Assembly (NCBI GenBank): GCA_013265495.1
Contig: MU058037.1
Coordinates: 931,498-995,497 of the forward strand
Length of the DNA: 64,000 nucleotides
DNA from: Vicugna vicugna
Lineage: Eukaryota
Direction: 5' to 3'
The notes under the pieces were generated by a model. It worked only from the letters and a program-made list of their open reading frames with translations, did not search any database and was not told the origin of the DNA. The translations under genes were made by a program, and so were the position numbers. This document shows positions 52,028-64,000 of this stretch, in pieces (the first letter of the stretch is position 1; every line of letters starts with the position of its first letter).

Positions 52028-52540
52028 ATTCCCTCTGCCTGAAACCTCTCCTCCAGATATGTGCACAGTTTATCACCATAGTTCCTTCAGAGGTTGCCAC
52101 ATAAGATTCAGGATGTCCAGCTGAATTTTAATTGTGGATAAACAATGAGTAACTTGCAATATTACATGAAACATACTCATACTAAAAAAATTATTAGTTA
52201 TTTCTCTCATACTCAAATGTAACTGGACACCTGGTAATTCTATTTGCTAAACACTGCACCCCGAACTTCAGGACATGGAGAAGGCTTTCCCTGACTATCA
52301 AATATAAAAATGAAGCACTCTCCCCTCAGAATTCTCTAGCTCCTTTACCTCACACTTCATTTATTGTCAAAGCTCTGATCATTACCTAAGATGATACACA
52401 CTGACTTATTTCTCAGTTGTCTCCCCCACTAGAATGCAAGCTATAAGAGGGCAGGAATCCTGTTATATTCACTGTGGTACACACAGAGACTAGAACAGTG
52501 CCTGGTATAGAGTAGATACTCAACAGATAGTCGTGGAAGG
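52028..52540 (+). mobile_element. L2 3' end interrupted by MER53
   Basis: ttccctctgcctgaaac, tgtctcccccactagaatgcaagctataagagggcagg, agaacagtgcctggtatagagtagatactcaa. Confidence 0.85.
52091..52262. mobile_element. MER53 palindromic hAT MITE
   Basis: aggttgccacataagattcaggatgtccagctgaatttt...caaatgtaactggacacctg; cttcag occurs on both flanks. Confidence 0.8.
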
Positions 52541-53224
52541 AAGGAGAGAAGGCAGGGAGAGAACAAGCAGGAGAGGGAAGGAGAAAAAGAATACACGTAT
52601 GAGCAGAGAAGGAAAGAATGGATGATACTAGAGAGAAGTTTTCTGGCAGAGGAAAAAGTTTAGAAAGCTCAGTTCTGACTTTTTCTTTCCTCAGGGCACA
52701 AGAACTGGGGTTATCTGCTCTGTCTCTCTCTTCTTTCTCTGTGGGAGGCAGAGGTGGGCAGAAAATTCAATGAGAGAAACAAATGTTTAGAAAGTCACAG
52801 CAGGACAATGGGAAAGTGAGTCAGCAGTGGAAAACATAAAAGAATTGTTAGAGCAGGAGGAACTACCCGAGGTTGAGAAGCGTAATTTGTGATGAGGCTC
52901 ATCCAGGTAAACTCACAATTCTCTCCACTGGGGCCCAGAGACCAAAGATTAGGAGAAAATACATATCAAGCAGTTTGGGCAAAGGGCTGAGCTGTGAGAG
53001 GATCAGATGATCAAGGAACCCAGAAAACTGATTCATAACATAAGATAAGCTAAGTTTCAGGCTGTGTTAGGTGGTGAGAGGATCTAGGGGAAAGTAACTA
53101 GACTTGTAGCACAGGACAGGGCTGGAAACCAAATCCTGAGGTGTGGGGTATAAGGTTAGGATGCTGTGGTCAGAGAGGAGAATTTGAGAGTAGGAATCGC
53201 TGGAAGAGGTAAAGTGGTATCAAA

Positions 53225-53462
53225 AGATGAATTGCTCAGCCTCTGAAGCTAGACTGTTGAAGTATGAACCCCAACCCTGCCACTTATTAACTATGTAACT
53301 CCGGACAAGTTATTTCATATTTCTGGGCCTCAGTTCCCTCAGCTGTAAAACAGAGATAATAATCGTACTTACCTCATAAATTACGTTGTGGTGATTAACT
53401 GAGTCAATGTATGTAAAGTACTTAGAATAGTTCATGGTAGGTTGTTCGTAAGTGTTCACTAT
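53225..53462 (+). mobile_element. MIR SINE
   Basis: ctgccacttattaactatgtaactccggacaagtt...cctcagttccctcagctgtaaaacagagataataat. Confidence 0.88.
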
Positions 53463-53696
53463 TATAACTCTGGGTGTGGGTTGTTACCATTTAGTAGGAA
53501 TAAAAGTGATTGTAATCCAGGAAGTCCACAGTGAGGTAAATAAATCAAATGTGCCAGATCAGTTTTATCTTAAGAAAAACACAAAAATAACTCAAGAGAA
53601 AACTAAAGGAAAGAGAAAGCAGAAATAAGAGAGACATATAGAAAACAAATCTGAAAACGTCATATCAGAACTGATCAATTCAAGACTCAGTTCTCT

Positions 53697-54510
53697 GGAT
53701 AACAAGTGTTGGTGAGGATGTGGAGAAAGGGGAACCCTTGTGCTCTGTTGTTGGGAATGTAAATTGGTACAGCACTATGGAAAACAGTATAGAGATTCCT
53801 CAAAAAACGAAAGACAGAACTAACAAGTGATCCAGCAATGTCAATTCTGGAGTATATATACGAAGGAAATGAAATCACTGTCTCAAAGAGATATCTGCAT
53901 GCCATGTTCATCACAGCATTATTCACAGTAAATAGCCTAGACGTGGAAACAACCTAAGTGTCCATCAAAAGATGACTGGATTTAAAAAATGTGGTATATA
54001 CATACAAGTCCAAAGAAGGAAATCTGCTTTTTGTGATAACATGTATAACCTTGTTATCACATGTAATACATGTGATAACATGTATTACACTGAGCTAAGT
54101 CAGACAGAGAAAGACAAATACTGCATAATCTCACACATACATGGAATCTAAAACTAGCAAAATCATAGAAGCAGAGAGAATGGTGGCTTCCTGGGGTCAG
54201 CAGGGTAGGGGAAACAGGGAGATATTGGTCAAATGATACAAACTTTCAATTATAAGATGAGTAAGTTCTAAGGAGTCTAACATACAGCAAGGTGATTATC
54301 ATTGATAACACTGTATACTCAAAAGTTGCTGAGAATAGATCTTAAATGTTCTCACCACAAAAAATAATTATGTGAGGTGATAGAAGTGTTAACTAATGTC
54401 TCTGTGGTAATCATTTCATAATCTATACATGTATCAAATCATTACAGTTGTATACTTTAAACTTAAACCATGTTATATATCAATTATATCTCAAAGCTGC
54501 AAGAAAAATA
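53697..54510 (+). mobile_element. L1MA-like ORF2 end and 3'UTR
   Basis: ataacaagtgttggtgaggatgtggagaaaggggaaccctt, tggaaacaacctaagtgtccatc, agatcttaaatgttctcaccac. Confidence 0.92.
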
Positions 54511-54789
54511 CTTAATCTTTGGAAAATTAGCAAATCTATTTTTAAAGATAAGATAAAAATAATGCAGGGCATAAAGTGCAAGACATTCACATTTTAATAA
54601 TTATAATCACAATGAGCTACTAAGAGCAGGGATTTTATATTTTGCATCTTTTTATCTGTTGTGTGTTAGACTAGTGTCTCATCACATATTTCTTGGATAA
54701 ATGAATAAATAAATAAGTAAATGGAAGGAATGTTTACATTCTTTAACACTTATTTTCTATGTTCTTGCTTTTTAAAAAACTTTGAGTGA

Positions 54790-57260
54790 GCTTCCAGATG
54801 TGAAAGAGTAACTGACAGAAGATCAAATTTCTATCAAGAAACACTAGAAAAAAATGGTTTAAAAAAGAGAGAAAAAGGAAAGGAAGGAAGGAGAGAGGGA
54901 TAGAGGGGGGAAGGGAGGAAGGAAGGTCTACTTGAAAGCATCAGAGGTGCTAAGGCAAACAAAACTCTAAAAAGGGGGAAGCTGCAGAGAACTGAGCTGG
55001 TGTTCCTCATCTGCTTTTCCCTGAGGGCAACAGGCTGAGGATGCAGGCTTTTCCCAGAGAGAGGACTTCTACTAACAGGCAGAGAAACAATCAGAGCTTT
55101 GATGGTCTAGGATCCCAAAGAGAAGAAAGGAACAGAGATCTGAATCTTCTACTTGACCAATTTTCCCCTCAAAATGTCTGGTGAATTCTGAAGGTGTACA
55201 AGACAGGAAGCAAGAAGGTAAGCAGAAAGCCTCTAAAAAGCAAAGGCTTGTACTTAACAGTTTTTCCACACTAAGGAGACCAAGAGCTTGGGATCAACAA
55301 CAGTAGAGGAGCCTCACGGAATACCTTAGGTTCTCAGAACCCTGGGGGACTATACCTTAGGAGCATGAAACAAACAACTGGTAGACACTTGAGGAAAAGC
55401 AACCCAACCTTGAATCTTTGTCTCTGATTAAATTAAGATAATCAGCACCTCCCGCCCCCGACTCTGGGGAAAAAATGACATCATCCGGACCCTCTAAAAC
55501 TTTTCACACACAATATCTAACATTTAACCAAATAATATCAGAAGTAAAGAGGCCCAAAATCAAGAAGAAAACACCCAAAGATTATCCAGATTTTAGAATT
55601 AGCAAGCCAGAGCTTCGAAATATCTAAGATTAGTATCTTCTAGAAAAATAGCAGAAAAGAGAAAGAATAGATGAAAAGATGGAAAATAGCATCAGAGAAA
55701 TGGTATCTATAAAAAGGAATCAAATGGAAATTCTAGAACTGAAAAATAGAGTATCTGAAATTAAGAACTGAACAGTTGCTTTTAGCAAGAGATAAGACAT
55801 AGCAAAAAAGAGGATTCATAAATTGGAGGACAGGTCAATAGAAAATACACAGACCGAAGCACAGAGAGAAAAGAGTGGAAAATATTAAAAGGAATATAAG
55901 ACACTTATGGGGGAAGTAAGATGTCTAACACACAGTCGCAGAGAAAAGGAAAGATAAAATGGGGCTAAAACAATATTTGAAAAGGTCATATCTGAGAATT
56001 TTCTCAATTGATGAAAAACACCAACCCACAGATTCAAGAAGCTTCGCATACTCCAGGCAAGATGAACACAAGGAAAACCAAAGCTAGGCATAGAATAGTA
56101 AGGCTTGTAAAAATCAAAGCTAAAGAGAAAACCTTAAAATCAGAGGTCAGAAGATACACAGAGGTAAAACATTAAGATCTATAGCTGGCTTCTCTAAAGA
56201 AGTGATGGAGCCCAGAAGGCAATGGAAGTGACATTTTTAAAGTGCTGAAAGAAAGTTACTGCCAACCTAGAATTCTACATGAGGTAAAATATTCTTCAAA
56301 AAATGTAAGGGAAATAAAGATGTCTTCTAGCAAACACCAAGCAAATCCATCACCAGCAGGCCTGCATTATAATACCAAAAACAGTTTCTGGAAGGAGAAA
56401 ATTCATCTTAGAGAGAAACATGGAAATACAGAAAGGAATGAAGAGCAACAAAAAAGTAAATATGAAGGTAAATCTAAATGAGTACTGAACATAGAAAAAA
56501 ATAACAAAAAGATTTATTTTCTTGTGGAGCTTAAAATATATGTATAATTAAATTGCATGACAATAATATCACAAAAGGCAAAAAAGAAACAAATAATGGT
56601 CAACTCTTCCAAGACCTCGCATTATCAGGGAAGTGGAAAAAGTAAAAGCTTTTATTAAACTAATAAATTAAGGAAGTGTGCTATGGTCTCCATGGTAACC
56701 ATTAAATGAGTAGCAAAAGGATATGTAACTAACAAGCTAATCAAGGGGGAAAACTGAGTAATAAAAAGTACTGATTACCCAAAGGAAGGTATGAAAGGAG
56801 AGAAAAAGGATCACAGAACAGGTAGATCAATTAGAAAACATATAGTAATATGAGACACTATAAATTCACATACATCAGTAACTGCATTAAATGTAACAGG
56901 TCTTAGTGGATTAAAAAATCAAGTCCCAAGTATATGATTCCTATAAGAGAAACATCTTGAATATAAGAACACAGAAAGTCTGAAATTAAAATTATTTTTA
57001 AAAGATACACCATGAAAAAAATAACCAAAAGAAAGTTAGTATTGCTATACTAATATCAGAAAAATAGATTTTAAGGTAAAAAGTAACATTTGAGATGAAG
57101 AAAGATAATTTGTAACAATAAAAGGTTTAATAAATCAGAAAGATACTAAAAGTCTATAGCTATCTGAACCCAGTAACATAGCTTCAAAATGTGTAAAGTA
57201 AAAATCGACAGAACTAAAAGCGGTAGATAGATCCATCATTACACTAAGAGAATTAAATTT
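54790..57260 (+). mobile_element. Ancient L1 5' part: 5'UTR, decayed ORF1, start of ORF2 endonuclease
   Basis: aatcaaatggaaattctagaactgaaaaata, cacagattcaagaagct, gtgctgaaagaaag..ctgccaacctagaattcta (KVLKE..CQPRIL), gctatactaatatcagaaaaatagattttaag. Confidence 0.85.
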
Positions 57261-57759
57261 AATTGACTATTTATGCAGTGTACAAATTAAGCCTTCAAAA
57301 GTAATATTTTACTTTAAAGCATTTTCCCAGTCTATTCTTTCGCTTTTATTCTATATGTATTACTTATATTCTGTCTGCCCTTTTTCACAGTTGTGTGCCA
57401 AATGCTACTTTTCAAAATGAAAAAAAATTTTTTTTATTAAACTGAAAAATTAAACAACAGAATTACATGTAACAGGGTCATGATAATACAATGCAATCAA
57501 CTCAAATCAAGTAGTAGAGTAGGGTAAGAAAGAAGTGTACTAATTTTATCATTTCTCAAAATAAAAGATTAATAGATATTTTCGGAAAAAAAGGTTAAAA
57601 AAGCACTATATGAAGCTATAATTATAAAGCTAGCTACCAAAACAAATATATGAACATTTCCAATTACCACAACAGACTCACAAAAAACAAGAAATAAAAC
57701 TGACCAAACAATAAAGGATTTTTTAAAGATACAAAAACAAGCAACTATGACCAAAAATA

Positions 57760-58550
57760 AGATGGCTGAACTTGTGCTTCTGCTAGTAACAGATTAGGTA
57801 ATTTAGATACACTCTCCCACTAGAAAGGTATGACCAACTATTTTTTTTTTAATCTGCCCAAAGGCCTCCCAATGTTAACAAGGTAGAGAAGTATAACCTG
57901 GACAGGATCTAGAGGAGGATGGATATGCCCTGAGAAATGAACCTGGTGTTTAGAGTCTCTACTCCTAGGAGTGTTTGATGGTTCTGTGGGGACAAGAGAG
58001 GGGCTGAGAGGCTAAGGAATAATTGAATCAACCTGGGAGCTAAAGGAACAGACATTGGTGTCTGGGAGCCACCAAGAAAGTAGGGGTTGGGTGGCACTGG
58101 TCAAGTTTCCTCACTTTGGATTGGTTCTCCAAAGATCTGCACCCTAAAATTAGTGTGAACTGAAACTACATGGATCAGTGTAGGAACTACTGATTCAGAG
58201 GTCATCCTCGGATCCCCTATGAAATTGGACAGAGGTGATCAAAACTGCTAATGCCTTTGAGCATCTGGCAGGAACAAATGGGAATCCACTCTGGAGGAAA
58301 ACAGCATCATCTTAGGCCTCAGATTGTTTCTACAAACAGGTTTTCAAATACAATGTCGAAAATGCAAACAAAAGCAAACAGGCTGGAGACAAGACAACAT
58401 GAATGAAGACCAGCAGGAAAAAATAAATAAAAGTAGAATAACAAGGGAGGATGTTGGAGTTACCAGACAAACACTTTAAATGTGCTCACCGAATTCAAAG
58501 AGATAAAAAGCAATTGCAGCGGAGAAATAGAAACTATATAAAAGAATCAA
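57760..58550 (+). mobile_element. Possible second old L1 5'UTR/ORF1 remnant
   Basis: aagatggctga start, atccactctggaggaaaacagcatcatcttaggcctcag, gatgttggagttaccagacaaacacttt. Confidence 0.5.
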
Positions 58551-61011
58551 GGTCCTTCTCCCAGTACCAAAAAGCTACATGTTAAGTCCAAAAACAAGTG
58601 GATGTCCTTTGTGGCACTGGTATGTAAAATTTTTGATTCATTTATTTAAGGGGCAGATACTGAGCTAGTTTTCTGTACAAGCCAGTTAGATATTGAGGGA
58701 GACTTATAACAAAAAACAGAGAACAAAAAAACACTGGTACCCCAACTCTCAAGGACTTCATAGCTTATTGCTGTATTTATCATAAACATGGTACTCTATT
58801 CAAAATAACACTGATTGGCAAGGCCCTAGGGCTTTATGTCGTTTTTAAGAGCTGAAGAAAAAGGAATACGTTTTGATGTTTAAATGGTCTGGTTCTAAAT
58901 ATATTCCTTAGGGAAGTTTCCAAAGATGGATGGACGGGAGGCCATCATTACTGTGGTGTGTACAAGGGTTGGTCACCTTAATCTGGAACAGCAAGACATG
59001 AGCAGCAATCATTCAAACCCCACAGCACAATGACTTCCATCTAAGTATTAAGATCACACAGGACTTCGGGTCAGCACCATCTTTCAGCCCACACAAGAAG
59101 CACAAGGAACTTGGTCCCATCTGTATTTGAAACTGTATTGATTTTGGGGCTGCTGAAAGCAATATATTTCTTTTCAATTTCTTTAAAACAGGAAACTGCC
59201 TGGGCCTCCTGGAGAAAATAACCTATTCTCCATGCTGAGAGGACACTTGAATTAAAGTGTAAGTTACTTAACTTCCATGATGAATATCCCTCATAGCAAA
59301 TATGGCCTTGAAAAGTTTCCATCCAGAGCCCGGGAAGGAACAAAGTCATTTCTTACAAGTGAGAACAACTTCTCTAAGGCACAATCACGAACAAAGGGGA
59401 TGAAAGCTGGTCTGTTAAAAGGCAACACACCTTACAAATCCCCTTTATTAAAGGGCTATAGGCATGTGGAATATCAGTGTCCTCTTACGTCACTCTCCTA
59501 ATCTGTGTTCCTGCATAAGTGAGTGGTCCAGGGGTCTAACGCAAGGTTAACACTTCTTAGGTGGTTATGCAGTTGTTGGTTGGGTTACTACCAACATATT
59601 CCACTTCCAGAGTGAATCCCTAACGTGGCTCCTCAATGTCTGCAATTATAATGCTCTGGGTGATCATGTGTGGTTCTAACAAAGCAAAGTCAAAAAGTTA
59701 TCCAAGGTCAGAACAAAACAACATATTGTCCTAAAATAAAAGCCAGGTGAGGCAAAGAATTTGGGGGTTTTTCTTAGACTGCCCAGTTAACTTTCTCACA
59801 ACTTCTCTTCCATTGGTTAAAGAATCACGATCCTTGCCATCTCCACCATACTTAATCTGAAGGACATTTTGTTCTGGCTAATTTCAATGGCTAAAGGTGC
59901 TGTTTGCCAGGGCTTTCCATTTTGATGTAAGGTGGTGACTAGAAATGTCAGTGGTGTCCTACCTAGTACACATTGTTCTCACAACAATACCAGGGGGCAG
60001 GGGGCGGGGGCTTGCAGTTCAGGATTTGTAAAAAATTTTTTAAATTAAGTATTGAATTCACAGTGCAGGACAAACTCAGCTGCTTAACAGTTACTCATAT
60101 TCTATAAACAAGCAAGTATAGCTATTGGGCATGCACAGTCACAGAGAGGTTCAGAGGGAATCTGGTTTAACCACCAATCCTTTCTCACCAGGAAATGGAT
60201 GAAAACACTGCCCACTTGCTTCTGCAATTCATGTCCTCTCTCATAGTGTTCCTGGTGCATTGTCCACAAATACATTTCTGTACTGCCTGATGTCAGAGGT
60301 GTTATGTATTGCATTTGAAAAGTATTCTCAGTTTCCAAATGATCCCTTATCAAAGTTCAATATTTAAAGTTCACAGCCTTCATCAAATGCACTTCTACTA
60401 TTCCATTTCCATTGCTATTTGCTAGTGCACGGGCTTGTCCAAGTGAAAGACATGAAGGTTGTAACTATCCTGCAGTATAAGTGAGTTCTAGAATAACTTC
60501 TGCCAAGTCCCTGCAAGGCAGAGCCTCCTACAACGTGTCTGCAGGGCTTCTGTAGACCTATCTTCAGTTGGGAAAAGAAAAAGACTTGGCAAGTTTGGTC
60601 TAAAACCAGGCTCTTGAGAAAAATTTTAAAGAGCATTTGCCTGCCCCCTTTCCAAAAACCTATTATTTTATAACACGTTATTCCTCTTTTTAAAATATTT
60701 GAAACTGTTTTCTTTTTAATATATTGACACACTTATTTCCATAGACCTCATGGTCTCCAGTTGCCATCTGGGACTTGTTTTCCTGGTTAACCTTGAGTGA
60801 AGTTCAGATTTTACATTTACAGCTGTAAGTCATGGAGAGGGGGGAGGTCCTCTTTTCAATAAATGTTCTAAATCATCTCAAAATTTTCAAACCACTTTCT
60901 TCACAAGACATAACAATGAAAAAGAGAAATCCTAGATTTCTCCAAAGAGTCCATGCATTAAGATAAAAGGCAATAACAATTTTATTTAAATCTCTAAAAG
61001 TCAAGAACAAA

Positions 61012-61507
61012 TGTCATGGTAGGCAGAATAATGCCTCCATTCCCAAAATGTCCATGTCCTAATCCCTAGAATCTCTGAATATGTCATGTTACATAGCAAG
61101 ATGGAATTAAGTTTGCTAATCAGCTGACCTTAAAATAAGGAGAGCAGCTTGGATTATCCAGGTGAGCCCAATGTAATCACACAGGTCCTTAAGCGCAAAA
61201 GAGGAAGACAAAAGATCAGAACCAGAGAGATGGCATCATGAGAAAGAGTCAATCAGCCATTGCTAGCTTTGAAGATGGAGGAAGAGGTCACAAGCCAAGA
61301 AAGGCAGGTAGCTTCACAATCGAGAAAAACTGAGGAAATGGATTCTCCCCTAGAGCCTCCACAAGGAACTGAGCACTGCTGACACCTTGATTTTAGCCAA
61401 GTGAGACCCATTTCAGACTTCGGATCTTCAAAACCGTAAGAAAATAAATGTTTGTTGGTTTAAGCCACTAAATTTGCGGTAATCTGTTACAACAGCAAAT
61501 TAATACA
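61012..61507 (+). mobile_element. MLT1D solo LTR
   Basis: ggtaggcagaataatg, gctaatcagctgaccttaaaataagg, ggattatccaggtgagcccaatgtaatcac, ttaagccactaaatttgcggtaat...taataca. Confidence 0.9.
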
Positions 61508-61699
61508 AGTGTTGACGTGCTTTGGGGTATTTTGGACTTCCCTGATGTTGCCAGTCACTTTAAGAAAAGCTGGCATGGAGAACAGAATTTGTGCAGTATT
61601 CATGCATCTCCTTCTAATTAATTCCCACATTTCTTAGCCTACCGCTCTGGGCAGCCAGTCTTCCCCTATCATAAGACATTAAATGATCTGTCGCCAACA

Positions 61700-61815
61700 C
61701 CAGTTGCTGGGCTTCACCCCCAGAGTTTCTAACCTGGAGTAAGGCCCACAAATCTGCATTTCTAACAAATTCCCAAGGGAAGCTGATGCTACTGGTCCAG
61801 GGACCACACTTTGAA
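61700..61815. mobile_element. MER5A fragment
   Basis: atctgcatttctaacaaattccc...gctgatgctactggtccagggaccacactttga. Confidence 0.85.
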
Positions 61816-61906
61816 GGCAGCTGTGCTCACCGTTATACCAGCAACACCTTGCAGGGGACCACACTGTGAGACCCACTAGTCTAGTGGAATAGAAAGACAT
61901 GTAAAC

Positions 61907-62143
61907 GGGTGGGAGGGCATATATTTGGGAGTTTGAGATTTACAAATGTTAGCCACAATATATAAAAATACATTTAAAAAAAGTTTCTTCTGCATAGCAC
62001 GGGGAACTATATTCAATATCTTGTAGTAACCTTTAATGAAAAAGAGTATGAAAACAAATACATGTATGTATATGCATGACTGGTACACTGCTGTACACCA
62101 GAGATTGACACATTGTAACTGACTATACTTCAATTAAAAAAAA
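61907..62143 (+). mobile_element. Short L1 3' end with a 16-bp TSD
   Basis: TSD agaaagacatgtaaac (61891-61906) / agaaaggcatataaac (62144-62159); L1 3'UTR motifs; A tail. Confidence 0.93.
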
Positions 62144-62159
62144 AGAAAGGCATATAAAC

Positions 62160-63000
62160 AATTAAAACATAGTGTGATAACTGACATGATGTAATTACAC
62201 AAATGGTACAGCAATCACTGTGCAGAAGCATCAAAATCTTGCAGTTGGTTGGAGAAAGGTTTTAGAAAGAAGTAATGTTTCTGCTGAGGCTTGAAGAATG
62301 TCTTTAAAAAGAAAACAGAAACGACAAGGAAAAGTCGATGGGGGAAAACAAAAAGAGAAATATCTGGTAGAGGGAAATCTGTATGAGAAGACACAAGGTG
62401 GGGAAACTGCTTTTTTTAGGACACTGAAAATACACAATTGGAGAAGAGGATGCCCACAGGCCAGTAGAGGGAAATGAAGCCAGAGAGGGAGACAGGTCAG
62501 ACATGAAGGCCTTTCTGGGCTAAGCAAAGGGATCTAACATTATCCCAAATTCTAGAGCTGTACATCAGTGTCTATAAACAGACTTACATGTTAGAGGGCT
62601 TACCTGGCAGCTGTGTCAGATAAGTGAGGCAGTGAGGCTGGGGGTGAGACCAGAAGCAGGGAAAGCAATAAGAAGGCACTTCCAGCCGTCCAGAGAAGCG
62701 ATGAACGCATGCACTATGGTAAAGGCGATGGCTTGGGTGGCATAGCTGTGAGGGAAGCATAAAAGTAGAATCTACAGACCTTGATTACCAGTTAAATATG
62801 GGAGCGAGGCAGGAGTGTGGAGGACTAGGCTTCTAGACTGTACAGTGAGTTGGCTCAGGGAACCATTCACCAGGAGAGGAAGCACTAGAAGAGGAGTCTG
62901 CTGGCAGGGAGGTGATGATGCAGTAATGGATTCACTGGGGCTGAAGTGCCTGGATTACATCCAAGGGAAGTCGTCCAGATAACAGTTGTGAACAGCTATG
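62160..63000 (-). mobile_element. Degenerate L2 fragment
   Basis: Purine-rich L2-like sequence (gaggcttgaagaatg, gtagaatctacagaccttg, gaagtgcctggattacatccaagg). Confidence 0.65.
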
Positions 63001-63489
63001 AGCTGCTAGTATATCAAAGCCCAAAATGAAACTTAATGTTCAAATCAAACAAATGTTTACTTATAGACTTTTTTAAAGTAACAAAAGTAGTTTTATTTTC
63101 ATCAGATGATTTTTGTAGAACAGTGTGTAGCATCCTCCTACTCCTCCCTGGTCTAAGGTACAGCTGGCCCCCTTCAGAGTCAACAGCATAGGAAAGAAGA
63201 ACGGGAAAAGGAAGGGACACTAAGTTAAAATTATTTATTTGTGATAAAATACACCTAATGATAATTATACTGGTAGGTGCTCTTCCTCAAAGCACATGCT
63301 GTGGCGTTTGCTACTACTTTTGCTCCTTCTCCCCTATAAATATACAAGGACTTATGGATATATTCTATCTTTACCCTAAAGAGGGAACCAACTATGTTGA
63401 TTGCAACGAAACATAGGCAAAGTGTGGAGTAAATTAGAGTTAATGTTTTCAATTTTAAGCAACTATATAGATATTGCATTAAGAACCTA

Positions 63490-64000
63490 AATAATTTAGC
63501 TCATACAACTCAATAACCAAAAAAAACAAGCCAATCAAAAATGGGCAGAAGACCTAAAAAGACATTTTCTCCAATGAAGACATACAAATAAATGGCCAAT
63601 AGGCACATGGAAGGATGCTCACTATCGCTAATTATTAAAGAAATGCAAATCGAAACTACAATGAGGTATCACCTCACACCAGTCAGAATGGTTATCATTT
63701 AAAAAGTCAACAAACAATAAATGCTGGAGAGGGTGTAGAGAAAAGGGAACCCTCCTACACTGTTGGTGGGAACGTAATTTGGTGCAGCCATCATGGAGAA
63801 CAGTACGGAGGTTTGTTAAAATACTAAAAATAGACTTACTATATGATTTGGCAATGCCACTCCTGGGCATATATCCAGAGAAAACTATAATTCAAAAAGA
63901 CACATGCACCCCAATGTTCACAGCACCACTATTTACAATAGCCAAGATGTTGTAGCAACCTACCTGTCTGTTGACATATGACTGGATAAAGAAGTTGTGG
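63490..64000 (+). mobile_element. L1 ORF2 3' region running off the window end
   Basis: aaaatgggcagaagacctaaa, gaaatgcaaatcgaaactacaatgaggtatcacctcacaccagtcagaatgg; frameshifted. Confidence 0.95.

Noticed and set aside
59985..60012. CTCF-like or G-quadruplex-like motif accagggggcagggg
   Set aside because: It lacks the 5' CC of the CTCF core and is a single isolated G-rich match.

Overview
Mammalian nuclear DNA, most likely a camelid (alpaca, llama or camel). The evidence is two tRNA-Ala-derived vic-1-like SINEs and several cetartiodactyl-type L1 3' ends. The window looks intronic or intergenic: I recognise no host protein-coding exon, RNA gene or CpG island. The only clearly protein-like ORFs are L1 ORF2 C-terminal remnants, and there is one 15-N assembly gap. 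Interspersed repeats (L1, L2, MIR, MaLR/ERVL/ERV1 LTRs, hAT MITEs) cover roughly half of it. Repeat family names come from my recall of consensus sequences, and boundaries are approximate unless a TSD or terminal motif is quoted. The most notable structures are a ~170-nt fold-back palindrome (46481-46652), a triple-nested set of LTRs (30963-32289) and an exact 4x127-bp tandem array (22542-23049). There is also a dense MEF2/TEAD/AP-1/FOX motif cluster (~43990-44300) and a template-switch palindrome inside an L1. I found no convincing new multi-gene biological system.
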